Below are positions 1-9,334 of a stretch of DNA of 64,000 nucleotides, piece by piece. Below the pieces are notes generated by a model that saw nothing but the letters and a program-made list of their open reading frames with translations, was not told the origin of the DNA and searched no databases. Within the stretch, counting starts at the first letter, position 1. The number at the start of each line of letters is the position of its first letter. The position numbers and the translations under genes are program-made. Source of the DNA: Lysobacterales bacterium (GTDB lineage: Bacteria; Pseudomonadota; Gammaproteobacteria; Xanthomonadales; SZUA-36); NCBI GenBank assembly GCA_050118555.1, contig JASFKQ010000001.1, positions 1,464-65,463 on the forward strand, read 5' to 3'.

Positions 1-216
1 CGATGCGTTCAGGACAGTGCCCCCGGAAGCGCCGCCGAACTCGCGCACGACGGCGGTCCTGACCTGCAGCGGACGGTCGAGGCTCGACAGGTACCACCAG
101 CCCAGCACCGCTGCAACGACCGACGCGATCAGCAGCGGGACGAGCCAACGGCGGCGGCCGTGGGGCGGTTCCGCTTTCCGCTCGATCTTCAGTTGATCCA
201 GTGAGGAAGAGCCCAC
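1..216 (-). CDS. Efflux-pump periplasmic adaptor subunit (HlyD/MacA-like), N-terminal 72 codons; gene continues beyond window start
   Basis: Absent from the ORF track because it is open at the window edge. Manual minus-strand translation from GTG 216-214 gives VGSSSLDQLKIERKAEPPHGRRRWLVPLLIASVVAAVLGWWYLSSLDRPLQVRTAVVREFGGASGGTVLNAS. The LDxLKIxR opening, basic patch, single TM helix and ...VLNAS are the usual N-terminus of MacA/HlyD-type adaptors. Start codon uncertain. Confidence 0.45.
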   Translation of the reverse strand, partial: MGSSSLDQLKIERKAEPPHGRRRWLVPLLIASVVAAVLGWWYLSSLDRPLQVRTAVVREFGGASGGTVLNAS

Positions 217-227
217 GGCAGCGGCTT

Positions 228-863
228 TCAGGGGCGCTGTTTCAGGAGCATTTCGAGCTTTCCGTCCGGTAACAGCAGGCCCCGCTCGAACCTGAAACAG
301 GTCAACATTTCCTGCATCTCGATCTGGGAATGCGGGTGATGCTGCAACTGGGGCGCCAAACGCTGCCGGACGCTGAGGGTTTCCCGGTCGATCACACCAT
401 ACTGGATGTTATCGAGCCGGATCGCGAGGTGGTGGATGCCGAAGCCGTGGGCGCGCGTGCCGGAATGAATCCAGGGGCTGAGCGCCGAGCTGAACGCCCG
501 CAGCGCCGAGTCGTCCAGGTAGCCGAGAAAATCCCAGAGCAGGCACAGGTCGAAGCGCGTTCCCTCCGGGAAGCGCAGCTGCCGGGCAAAGGCGTCGCGA
601 AGCTCCTGCTCCGAGAGCTGCGACTGCTGATCGCGCACGAATGCCTCGCCGAAGAGATCGACGAAATGCAGCCGGCACTTGAACTCCGAGAAGAAATTCA
701 CGGTCTCGGGCAGTGCCGAGCCGATCTCCAGCACCATCAGCCGGTGATCGACGTCGCGCAGCTGGAACAGGGCCGGCAATAGGCGCGTTGCCTGGCGAGA
801 AAGGAGCGGGCCGGCGCGAGCGGCGCCGGCCGCTTCCTCCACCTGTAAGGCTGCGGATGTCAA
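228..863 (-). CDS. Hypothetical protein with weak SAM-methyltransferase-like motifs
   Basis: 211-aa ORF. ATG 863 overlaps the stop of the upstream bactofilin gene (ATGA), suggesting translational coupling. VLEIGSALPETV...HFVDLF...DLCLLWDFLGYL loosely resembles methyltransferase motifs, but the Gly-rich loop is degenerate. No confident family. Confidence 0.5.
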   Translation of the reverse strand: MTSAALQVEEAAGAARAGPLLSRQATRLLPALFQLRDVDHRLMVLEIGSALPETVNFFSEFKCRLHFVDLFGEAFVRDQQSQLSEQELRDAFARQLRFPEGTRFDLCLLWDFLGYLDDSALRAFSSALSPWIHSGTRAHGFGIHHLAIRLDNIQYGVIDRETLSVRQRLAPQLQHHPHSQIEMQEMLTCFRFERGLLLPDGKLEMLLKQRP

Positions 864-1435
864 CCGCTCTTGAGCGTCAGTTCCGCGTCCTTGCGCGAGG
901 AGCCAGCGGCTGCCTTGCCCTGGTCCGTGACGACAGTCGGACGCGTGCCGGTCTCACCGGCAGGCCGGTTCTGCTTTTCCGACTTGGCCGAAGAGGCCGA
1001 ATCCGTCGGTGTCATGTCGATACTGCCCCGGAAAAGCGCACCATCCTCGAGTTGCACGCGGGGTGCGACGATGTTGCCCTGCACGCGACCCGAGCGCGAG
1101 ATCAGCACTTTTTCGCTTCCGGCGATGTCGCCGTTGACCGTGCCGGCAATCTTCACCACCTTCGCGGTAACGCTCGCGGTCACCTTGCCGGACTCGCTGA
1201 TTTCCACGTCGTGCGGACTTTCGATGCTGCGACCCTCGATGTGACCGTCGATGCGCAGATTCGAATCGGCGGACACGTCGCCATTGATGCTAATGCCCGG
1301 GCCGATCATGGCGACATTTGCCGTTCCGGCCGAGGCGGGCGCGGGGGCGGCCTTCGGCGATTGGGGTGTAGCGGCAGGCTCCGGTGATTCCGGCTCTCCC
1401 TGCCGGGTCGGTTTGTGTTTGTCGAACATAGCCAT
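860..1435 (-). CDS. Bactofilin (polymer-forming cytoskeletal protein, DUF583)
   Basis: Repetitive beta-helix core IGPGISINGDVSADSNLRIDGHIEGRSIES...VKIAGTVNGDIAGSEKVLISRSGRVQGNIVAPRVQLEDGALFRGSIDM flanked by Pro/Ala/Ser-rich tails. Start moved from ORF-track 1546 to ATG 1435 (MAMFDKH), which is preceded by GAGGA. Confidence 0.8.
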   Translation of the reverse strand: MAMFDKHKPTRQGEPESPEPAATPQSPKAAPAPASAGTANVAMIGPGISINGDVSADSNLRIDGHIEGRSIESPHDVEISESGKVTASVTAKVVKIAGTVNGDIAGSEKVLISRSGRVQGNIVAPRVQLEDGALFRGSIDMTPTDSASSAKSEKQNRPAGETGTRPTVVTDQGKAAAGSSRKDAELTLKSG

Positions 1436-1520
1436 AGTCCTCATCCAATTCCGTTGGGGGGCAGTCATCCTATCAAGTTGTCCGTCCCCGCTCCAGCAGC
1501 ACAGCGCATCGCGCGCCGGC

Positions 1521-2147
1521 TCAACCGTCGACTCCGGGAGAGGCACCCAGCGCCTTTTCCAGGTGCTCCAGCGCTTCGGCGGCGTGCTCGAAGTGGTGGC
1601 TGCCGCCCTCGAAAGCGGTAAAGCTGCTCATGCCGGCATGGCGTGCAGCGCTTGCGCGCCAGTCGATGACTTCGTCTTCCTTGTCGACGTAGACATGGAA
1701 CGGCAGCGGTGCGTCGTAATCCACCGATTGCTCGAGCGCGGCCACGCGCTCGCAATCGTCCTCGCCCCACTCGTACGATTCGCCGGTGACGAAATTCACC
1801 TGCGGGCCCAGCAGGATCTGTCCGTGCCGGGCCAGGTCGAACGCCGGGTTGAAGGCGAATGCGGCGACGCCGAGGCCGGGACGTTCCGCGGCCAGCTTGA
1901 GTTGCATGATGCGGGCAAACCAGCCGCCCATCGAGGACCCGCTGAAAATCACCGGTTCGGCTTGCCTGCTCAGAAGGATGAGCAGGTCCTCGACATGCTC
2001 CGCGGCCCTTCGGTAGTCCACCGAAAACGGACGGAAGCGGCGCCCCGTGCGCGCCGCATAACACTCGACGGCCACAACCTTCTCGTTATCGGAGTAATCC
2101 TCCGGTATCGCGGAATTGAAGCCGTTGAAATAAAACAGCAGCGACAT
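1521..2147 (-). CDS. YqiA/YcfP-family esterase (alpha/beta hydrolase, UPF0227)
   Basis: MSLLFYFNGFNS opening and the GSSMGGW nucleophile elbow (GxSxG); about 200 aa as in YqiA. Start overlaps the metY stop by 1 nt. Confidence 0.7.
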   Translation of the reverse strand: MSLLFYFNGFNSAIPEDYSDNEKVVAVECYAARTGRRFRPFSVDYRRAAEHVEDLLILLSRQAEPVIFSGSSMGGWFARIMQLKLAAERPGLGVAAFAFNPAFDLARHGQILLGPQVNFVTGESYEWGEDDCERVAALEQSVDYDAPLPFHVYVDKEDEVIDWRASAARHAGMSSFTAFEGGSHHFEHAAEALEHLEKALGASPGVDG

Positions 2148-3418
2148 CAGGCCACTGTCAGCGCCTGATCCAGATCCGCGAGAATATCATCGATGTCCTC
2201 GATGCCGATGCACAGCCGGATCATGTCGGGTGTAACGCCGGCAGTCTCCAGTTCCTGTTGCGAAAGTTGCCGGTGCGTTGTGGACGCCGGGTGTGCGGCC
2301 AGCGACTTCACGTCACCGATGTTCACCAGGCGCAGGAACATCTGCAGCGCGTCATAGAAACGAACGCCAGCGTCATATCCGCCCTCGATGCCGAAAGTCA
2401 GCAGCGCCGAAGGGCGGCCATTCGTGTACTTTTGGGCCAGGTCGTAATACGGCGACTCGGGCAGGCCGGCAAACTTCACCCAGGCCACCTTCGGGTGTTC
2501 CTTGAGGAACGCGGCGACGGCGAGTGCATTCTCGCAGTGGCGCTGCATCCTCAGCGGAAGCGTTTCCATACCCTGCAGAATCAGGAATGCATTCATCGGA
2601 CTGAGCGCGGAACCCGTGTTGCGCAGGGCTACCGTTCGAGCCCGGCCGACGTAGGCGGCGGCGCCCAGGGCCTCGGTGTAAACCACTCCGTGGTAGGACT
2701 CCTCGGGCTCGTTCAGCATGTGGAACTTTTCCGGGTGGTCCGCCCAGGGAAATTCGCCCCCATCGACGATGACGCCACCCAGCGAATTGCCGTGCCCGCC
2801 CATATATTTGGTCAGGGAATTCACCACGATGTCCGCACCCCAGTCGATCGGCTTGATCAGCGCGGGAGTGGCCACGGTATTGTCGACGATCAGCGGGACG
2901 CCGTGGGCGCGGGCCATTTCCGCCAGCGCTTCGATGTCGACGATGTTGCCAGCCGGGTTGCCGATCGACTCACAGAACACGGCGGTGGTCTTGTCATCGA
3001 TGAGGCCCTCCATCGCTTCGACACTGTCGTCGGCCGCAAAGCGCACGTCGATGCCCTGCCGCGGAAGCATGTGTTTGAAAAGCGTGTAGGTTCCACCGTA
3101 AAGCATTGGCACGGTGACAATGTTGTTGCCCTGCTCCGCGATATTGAGCACGGAGTAATTGATGGCCGCGCTGCCGGCACTTACGCCCAGCGCCGCCACG
3201 CCGCCCTCGAGCGCCGCGCAGCGTTGCTCGAGAACGTCGGTCGTCGGGTTCATGATGCGCGTGTAGATGTTGCCAGGCACGGCCAGATTGAACAGATCCG
3301 CGCCGTGTTGCGCGTCATCGAATTCGTAGGCCACGGTCTGGTAGATCGGAACCGATACCGCATTGGTCGCGCTGTCCGACTTGAAGCCTGCGTGAATGGC
3401 AAGGGTCTGGTCTTTCAT
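2147..3418 (-). CDS. metY: O-acetylhomoserine sulfhydrylase (aminocarboxypropyltransferase)
   Basis: 423 aa, Cys/Met-metabolism PLP family: HAGFKSD...PIYQTVAYEF, NPTTDVLEQR, and the PLP-lysine region NSLTKYMGGHG. Confidence 0.9.
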   Translation of the reverse strand: MKDQTLAIHAGFKSDSATNAVSVPIYQTVAYEFDDAQHGADLFNLAVPGNIYTRIMNPTTDVLEQRCAALEGGVAALGVSAGSAAINYSVLNIAEQGNNIVTVPMLYGGTYTLFKHMLPRQGIDVRFAADDSVEAMEGLIDDKTTAVFCESIGNPAGNIVDIEALAEMARAHGVPLIVDNTVATPALIKPIDWGADIVVNSLTKYMGGHGNSLGGVIVDGGEFPWADHPEKFHMLNEPEESYHGVVYTEALGAAAYVGRARTVALRNTGSALSPMNAFLILQGMETLPLRMQRHCENALAVAAFLKEHPKVAWVKFAGLPESPYYDLAQKYTNGRPSALLTFGIEGGYDAGVRFYDALQMFLRLVNIGDVKSLAAHPASTTHRQLSQQELETAGVTPDMIRLCIGIEDIDDILADLDQALTVA

Positions 3419-4527
3419 GTTCTGTCCTCGTCTGATGGGCGGGCAACGATGTCCGCCCGGCCCCTGATGTTGAGTGGATCGGCTGGATCGACGCCTTCCA
3501 TGTACTGCTCTTGGCGGTCCAGATTGGTCACCTGGTACACCAGCCCGAGCCAGTTGTTGATAATGGCCTTGGCCGTGTCGCCCCAGGTGTTGTCGAGCTC
3601 GGGCTCGACCTCCCGCTCCAGGTAATCCGGCAAGGGCTCGTCACGGCGCAGGGCTTCCTCGGACTCGCGCACGAAACGGTCCGCCGTCCGTGCCGCAACG
3701 CGGGAAAAGTAGTGATCCGGGTATGGCGGCGGGTCGTGGAGTTCGCCATTCAGGAAACGATACACCTCGCGCTTGTATTCCTTCAGCAGGCTGTTGGTGT
3801 CGTACTCGGGGTGGCCCTGGAAAAAGATCAGGCGGAACTGATCCGCGCTCACGGCCATGTGCACGCCGCCTTCCTGGCTCTCCGCCAACACGGTGAGGCC
3901 GGCATTCTCGAGTTGCGAGCGCGCAATGTCGTTGTAGCGTGAGTGGGGCACGTCGAAACGCGTATTGATATCGCGCAACAACGGATGATGCGGGACCGCG
4001 ACACGGTGGCTGAACACGCCCCAGCGCTTCTCCGGCAACGGCTGCCGGTCGATATGATAAAACCGCTTGAGCATCGCGTGTGTCGCAAGGCAGGAGCACA
4101 GGGTCGACGCGACGTTGTGCCGGGCCCAGTCAACCACTTCCATCAGCGGCTGCCAGAAGGGCTCCTCCTCGAGATGGGGGTTGCCTACATTGGCGCCCGT
4201 GATGATGAGCGCATCGAGCCCCTGCTCCCGAAGGTCGGCAAACCGACTGTAGAAACGTTGGATATAGCCCAGGGTTTCACCGGATCGCGGAAGCCCGTCC
4301 AGAGAGAACGGATAGACGAAAAACTGGGCAATGCGGTTGCAGCCGCCCACCAGGCGAATGAACTGCCGCTCCGTCGCCTCCAGCGCCGCGTCCGGCATCA
4401 TGTTCAGAAAGCCGATGTGGAGTTCGCGGATGTCCTGGTGGGTCGCGCGGTCGAGGCTCAGTACTTCGTGTCCCTGCTCGCGCAGGCGCTCGAATGTGGG
4501 AAGACTGGAATGCTGTACCAGCGGCAT
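3415..4527 (-). CDS. metA: Homoserine O-acyltransferase, MetA family (probably O-acetyl, given the MetY partner)
   Basis: 370 aa. IRELHIGFLNMMPDAALEATERQF and ITGANVG...CLATHA are typical of MetA. Overlaps metY by 4 nt (operon). Confidence 0.85.
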   Translation of the reverse strand: MPLVQHSSLPTFERLREQGHEVLSLDRATHQDIRELHIGFLNMMPDAALEATERQFIRLVGGCNRIAQFFVYPFSLDGLPRSGETLGYIQRFYSRFADLREQGLDALIITGANVGNPHLEEEPFWQPLMEVVDWARHNVASTLCSCLATHAMLKRFYHIDRQPLPEKRWGVFSHRVAVPHHPLLRDINTRFDVPHSRYNDIARSQLENAGLTVLAESQEGGVHMAVSADQFRLIFFQGHPEYDTNSLLKEYKREVYRFLNGELHDPPPYPDHYFSRVAARTADRFVRESEEALRRDEPLPDYLEREVEPELDNTWGDTAKAIINNWLGLVYQVTNLDRQEQYMEGVDPADPLNIRGRADIVARPSDEDRT

Positions 4528-4597
4528 CGGTTCATTCTGCCAGCGTGCGGCGGGGCGGAACGGTCCACCCCCGCCCGGCGCCTGCTTGCGCTTCGCT

Positions 4598-5677
4598 TCA
4601 GGCGCGCGCTATGGAGCGGCCCTTGGAACCGAGGTCCTCACAGGCTTCCTGGAGGCGAGCCACCACACCCTGTTCCCCGAGCCTGAGGTACTTGCGCGGG
4701 TCATACTGCTTCTTGTACGGCGTGCCGTCCTCGGGATCGACCTGGAACCGGAAGGCGCGCGCGTGCTCACCGACATAGGCGCCGACCGGCGACGAAAACG
4801 CAAACTGGGTGTCGGTGTCGATGTTCATCTTGAACACGCCGTAGCTCACGGCCGCGGCGATCTTCTCCTTCTCGGAGCCGGAACCGCCGTGGAACACGAG
4901 GTTCAGCGGGTTGTGGCCGGTGTCGTGAGTCTGTTGCACCAGGTCCTGTGAGTTCTTCAGGATTTCCGGCCGCAGCTTCACATTGCCGGGTTTATACACG
5001 CCATGGACGTTGCCAAACGACGCGGCCACCGAGAAATGTCCGACAGGATCGAGGAGTTCGTATGCCCGCAGAACGTCCTCGGGCTGCGTGTAGAGGCGTG
5101 AATTATCGGCCCCTTCATCGAATTCGCTGCCCATTCCGTCTTCCTCGCCGCCGGTCACTCCCAGCTCGATTTCCAGCGACATGTCCAGCTTCGCCATGCG
5201 CTCCAGGATTCGGGCGCATTCGCCGAGGTTGAAATCGATCGGGTCGGCCGAAAGATCCAGCATGTGCGAGCTGTACAGGGGCTTGCCGTGCTGTTCGTAG
5301 TACTTTTCCCCCTCGTCCAGCATGGCTTCAACCCACGGGATCAGTGCGCGGTTGGCGTGATCCGTGTGCATGGCGACACAGACCCCGTAGTGTTCGGCCA
5401 GCAGGTGCGCGTGCTGAGCGGCCGCCACTGCGCCAAGCACTTTGGCCCTGAACCCGTCCGGCATGCCTGCGCCCGCAAAGAACGCGGCGCCGCTGTTGGA
5501 CAGCTGGATGATGATATCCGATCCGGCCTTCGCCGCCGCTTCCATCACGGCGTTCAGGCTGTTGGTTCCCACCACGTTGACAGCGGGCAGCGCGTAACCA
5601 CCGGCTTTGGCTGCGTTCACGAGAGTCTCGTAGCCTTCGCCGGTGACGACGCCCGGCTTCAATGAGTATTCGGACAT
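4598..5677 (-). CDS. fba: Fructose-bisphosphate aldolase, class II
   Basis: 359 aa from ATG 5677 (MSEYSLKPGVVTG...). ALPAVNVVGTNSLNAVMEAA, HTDH and LVFHGGSGS are class II FBA motifs. The ORF-track start at 5770 has no support. Confidence 0.9.
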   Translation of the reverse strand: MSEYSLKPGVVTGEGYETLVNAAKAGGYALPAVNVVGTNSLNAVMEAAAKAGSDIIIQLSNSGAAFFAGAGMPDGFRAKVLGAVAAAQHAHLLAEHYGVCVAMHTDHANRALIPWVEAMLDEGEKYYEQHGKPLYSSHMLDLSADPIDFNLGECARILERMAKLDMSLEIELGVTGGEEDGMGSEFDEGADNSRLYTQPEDVLRAYELLDPVGHFSVAASFGNVHGVYKPGNVKLRPEILKNSQDLVQQTHDTGHNPLNLVFHGGSGSEKEKIAAAVSYGVFKMNIDTDTQFAFSSPVGAYVGEHARAFRFQVDPEDGTPYKKQYDPRKYLRLGEQGVVARLQEACEDLGSKGRSIARA

Positions 5678-5831
5678 GGAGTATTCCTCTTCAGGGTTTC
5701 TGTGACTTGAGGTGCATCGGGGATGCGCGTTCGATGAATTCAGTTTGGTGTATCGATGGGACCTTTTCAAGGTGCCGGCGCGACGTTCCCACGTCCACCG
5801 GCCCCTGCGCGCCGCGACCGGCCCCGGGTGT

Positions 5832-6938
5832 TCAGTCCGTCTCGAAAGGAATACGGATGTGCGCCGTCAGACCGTGCGGCTCGGTCGGGCTCAGGTGGAA
5901 AGAATGGCGGCTGCCATACAGCGCCTCCAGGCGCTCACGCGTGTTGCGAAGCCCCACCCCGGACGCGTCCGGAATGGCACCGTCGACCAACTCCACTCCG
6001 GGGCCGTCGTCGCTCAGTTCGATCAGCAGGTCCCCGGCAAAAACCCGGGCCGCGATTCGCAGCCGGCCACCATCCTCGGAACGCGCGATGCCATACTTGA
6101 TGGCATTCTCCACCAGCGGCTGCAGCAACAGCCCGGGTATCAGGGCGCGCGCGGCATTTTCCTCGACGTCGATATCCAGCGTCAACCGTTCCTCGAAGCG
6201 GACCTTCTCGATATCGAGGTACAGCTTGAGCGCGGCCAGTTCCTGCTCCAGCGTGACTTTTTGCATGGGGTCGTTGTCCAGCGAATGCCGCAGGAAACTG
6301 GACAGGCGCGTCACCATGCGGTTGGCTGCTTCCGTCTGCTCCTCGAGGATCAGGGTGGAAATCGCGTTCAGCGTGTTGAACAGGAAGTGGGGATTCAGCT
6401 GGTACCGGAGCATCTTCAACTGGGCCTCGTGCGCCATCGCCGCGGAACGCAACGCGGTTTTCTGCACTTCCTGGAACACCTGGTAGTACTTGATGACGAA
6501 GTAGAACACGCTCCAGGCCGTCATGACCGTGAAAGCGGAAAGGAACGACTCCATGTACGAGACCTTTTCGTACAAATCGGCGGCGGCGCCCTTTTCCGCC
6601 GCCCAGGCCGCCATCTCCTGGGTCTCGAACCAGTGGTAATAGATGTACCCCCGGGCCTGCAACCAGATCCAACCAACCGCTGCGCTGCACGCCAGCAATG
6701 CCGCAAGCTGCAGCCATAACGCCTGCTCCCAGAGCCGCCGGTACACCAGGCGCATACCTGCCGACAGGATGATCGCGATGACCGTGATCATCATGACGTA
6801 GAGGAGGTAACGCGGTGGTGTATCTTCGATCACCGCGCGCGTGTAGGCGTATTTGGCCAACAGGCCCCACGCGAGCCAGCCGCCGAGGTGAATCGTCCAG
6901 AACAGGCGAGCCTGGTTCCTGATGAGTGCGGTCAACAT
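5832..6938 (-). CDS. Sensor histidine kinase, LytS/AlgZ(FimS)-type, no adjacent response regulator
   Basis: 368 aa with several N-terminal TM helices. H-box region LNPHFLFNTLNAISTLI and N-box LLLQPLVENAIKYG (His_kinase + HATPase_c). No LytTR regulator gene on either side. Confidence 0.8.
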   Translation of the reverse strand: MLTALIRNQARLFWTIHLGGWLAWGLLAKYAYTRAVIEDTPPRYLLYVMMITVIAIILSAGMRLVYRRLWEQALWLQLAALLACSAAVGWIWLQARGYIYYHWFETQEMAAWAAEKGAAADLYEKVSYMESFLSAFTVMTAWSVFYFVIKYYQVFQEVQKTALRSAAMAHEAQLKMLRYQLNPHFLFNTLNAISTLILEEQTEAANRMVTRLSSFLRHSLDNDPMQKVTLEQELAALKLYLDIEKVRFEERLTLDIDVEENAARALIPGLLLQPLVENAIKYGIARSEDGGRLRIAARVFAGDLLIELSDDGPGVELVDGAIPDASGVGLRNTRERLEALYGSRHSFHLSPTEPHGLTAHIRIPFETD

Positions 6939-7055
6939 GATCCGGTCATTCTAGCCCGTGCCGGGTGTCGGCCGGAGCCATTTCATCGGCGGCAACCGCC
7001 GCTTTGTCGCAGACAGCTCCACTTGGGTGCCCGTCCGGAAACCGATACTCGAGCC

Positions 7056-7493
7056 CTATTCGCAGTCGAGCGTAAACCGGACCCGCAGGGTAAACACGGA
7101 GTTCTTGTTGAAGATACCTGGGGATTCGCGAACGCCGGCGGCGATATCGACGTCACGGGTAACCTTGCCCTTCCCCGGCACCGGGGAGTCGATGTTAAGG
7201 TCCTTGCTCGCCTTGCCCACGTCGTCAACGAACATGTCAACTTCGGTCGCCGTGAGCTCCATTCTCACAAACAGCTGTGAAACTTCGTCATCGGTAAACA
7301 GAACCAGCGGTTCCGGCGAGCCGTGCGGTGCGCGAACCTCACCGGACCGTAGGTTGTGCTTCGGCACGCTGATCGAGCCCTCACCCTTGAGGCCGTCACT
7401 GAACACTTTCACATTGAGGTCGTACTTCCAGTCGTCGCCGCAGTTCCCTTCCTGACTCTCGGAAACCAGGGTCATCGTAAGCTTGCAGGTCAT
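7056..7493 (-). CDS. Hypothetical protein (145 aa), no recognisable family
   Basis: ATG 7493 is preceded by AGGAG at 9 nt. No signal peptide or TM helix. More A/T-ending codons (gtt, ttt, aat, gat) than the neighbours. Predicted beta-rich sequence with no motif I recognise. Confidence 0.55.
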   Translation of the reverse strand: MTCKLTMTLVSESQEGNCGDDWKYDLNVKVFSDGLKGEGSISVPKHNLRSGEVRAPHGSPEPLVLFTDDEVSQLFVRMELTATEVDMFVDDVGKASKDLNIDSPVPGKGKVTRDVDIAAGVRESPGIFNKNSVFTLRVRFTLDCE

Positions 7494-7606
7494 TTATACA
7501 CTCCTACCGTCAGCCCTCTATCTTCCGGTAATCGTTACCGGGGGTCAATCAAGCGGTCACTCGACGCGGCGTTCGCGTTACTATTGGTCCCCGGCGAGGG
7601 ACTGGC

Positions 7607-9292
7607 ATGCAAAATCTGAATCACATATTCGCGGTAATCGACGCCCACATCGGGGGCTCCAACTGGTTCGTCTACCTGCTGGTGGGGACGGGACTGTTTT
7701 TCACTATCTACCTGAAATTTCCTCAAATACGCTATTTCCGCCACGCCTTCCTGATGGTCAGCGGCAAGTATGACGAGGAGGGCGCGAAGGGAGATACCAC
7801 GCATTTTCGCGCCCTGACCACGGCGCTGTCCGGCACCGTAGGAACCGGGAATATCGCCGGCGTGGCGTTGGCAATCCACCTCGGCGGCCCTGCCGCCCTG
7901 TTCTGGATGCTGGTGACCGCAATGCTCGGTATGACGACCAAGTTCGTCGAGGTCACCCTGTCCCACAAATACCGGGAGTTCGCCAGCGACGGCAGCGCCG
8001 CCGGGGGACCGATGTATTACATGAAGAACCGGCTCAACATGAAATGGATGGCGGCGCTATTCGCCGTGGCCACCATCATTTCATCATTCGGCACCGGTAA
8101 CATGCCGCAGATCAACAGCATCTCGAACGCGATGCATACCGCCTTCAGCGTCCCTCCCTTCGTTACCGGACTGGTACTGGCCGTCCTGTTGGCGTTGATC
8201 ATCCTCGGCGGCATCAAGCGCATCGCGGCCACCACGTCCAGGCTCGTGCCACTGATGGCGCTGGTTTACTTCCTGGGCGCGCTTTCGGTGATCCTGGCGA
8301 ACACCGACAATATCGCCCCGTCGCTGGCTGCCATCGCCGGTGACATCTTCACGGGTTCATCGGCCACGGGCGGTTTTCTCGGGGCGAGCATCGCGTTCGC
8401 GTTCAACCGGGGGGTCAACCGCGGCCTGTTTTCGAACGAGGCCGGGCAGGGCAGCGCGCCCATCGCCCATTCCGCAGCCAAAGCCGACCACCCGGTTTCC
8501 GAAGGCATGGTGGCGATCCTCGAGCCGTTCATCGACACGATCATCATCTGCATGCTGACGGGCATGGTGCTACTGTCCTCCGGGGTCTGGAAGGAGAAAC
8601 ACGAGAATATCTTCCAACGCGCGGACCTGATCGTGCTTGACGGCGAGTACAGCGAATCCGATCCCGGGCAACGCGAACAGCTGTTCCGGCTCCTCAATCC
8701 GGACTCGGACAGCGCCATACGGCGCTTCTCAGGTCGGCTGCATGTGGATGACGGCCACATACGCGAACCGGTCACGCTGATCCACGCCCGCTCGGTAGCG
8801 GAGGACGTGGTGGTGTCGGATACGTCGACCGGAGGGCGGTTCAGCGGCATTCTGCCGGTGGACAACGGCCGCATCTTCGACGCCGACAGCTCCATTGAGC
8901 TCAGTGGCCGCTCCCTGTTACACAGCGCGCCCCTGACCACCCTGGCTTTCAGCCGTGGCCTGCTGGGCGATCTCGGGCAATTCATCATCCCTATCAGCCT
9001 GCTTCTGTTCGCCTTTTCCACCGCGATATCGTGGTCCTACTACGGAGATCGCGCCGTCACGTTCCTCTGGGGCGTCGAATACGTACGGTATTACCGGGTG
9101 CTTTACGTGTTGGGCTTTTTCGCGGCCTCGATGATCGATACGACCATCATCTGGACGTTTTCCGGGATCGCCATCGCTCTGATGACCATCCCCAACATCA
9201 TCGGCATCCTGCTGCTGCATCGCGAAATGAAAGAAACCGTTGACGACTACTGGGCCACGATGGACTTCTCGGACAAGGGGTCATCCACCTGA
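7607..9292 (+). CDS. Alanine/glycine:cation symporter (AGCS) family transporter with a ~110-aa insertion
   Basis: AGCS signature [37 protein letters not shown] and [15 protein letters not shown]. 561 aa, against about 450-480 aa for typical family members. Confidence 0.85.
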   Translation: MQNLNHIFAVIDAHIGGSNWFVYLLVGTGLFFTIYLKFPQIRYFRHAFLMVSGKYDEEGAKGDTTHFRALTTALSGTVGTGNIAGVALAIHLGGPAALFWMLVTAMLGMTTKFVEVTLSHKYREFASDGSAAGGPMYYMKNRLNMKWMAALFAVATIISSFGTGNMPQINSISNAMHTAFSVPPFVTGLVLAVLLALIILGGIKRIAATTSRLVPLMALVYFLGALSVILANTDNIAPSLAAIAGDIFTGSSATGGFLGASIAFAFNRGVNRGLFSNEAGQGSAPIAHSAAKADHPVSEGMVAILEPFIDTIIICMLTGMVLLSSGVWKEKHENIFQRADLIVLDGEYSESDPGQREQLFRLLNPDSDSAIRRFSGRLHVDDGHIREPVTLIHARSVAEDVVVSDTSTGGRFSGILPVDNGRIFDADSSIELSGRSLLHSAPLTTLAFSRGLLGDLGQFIIPISLLLFAFSTAISWSYYGDRAVTFLWGVEYVRYYRVLYVLGFFAASMIDTTIIWTFSGIAIALMTIPNIIGILLLHREMKETVDDYWATMDFSDKGSST

Positions 9293-9334
9293 CGGATCCA
9301 GGGACGCCCCCGGTCCGCCACGGCGGCGGCTTTG

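Noticed and set aside
4549-4575. Hairpin ggcgggg-N13-ccccgcc between fba and metA as an intrinsic terminator
   Set aside because: No U-tract follows it on the minus strand, so it may be only a weak structure.
7494-7606. Glycine riboswitch upstream of the AGCS symporter
   Set aside because: The 113-nt gap shows none of the conserved glycine-aptamer blocks by eye, only a short hairpin (ccggtaa-tcg-ttaccgg).
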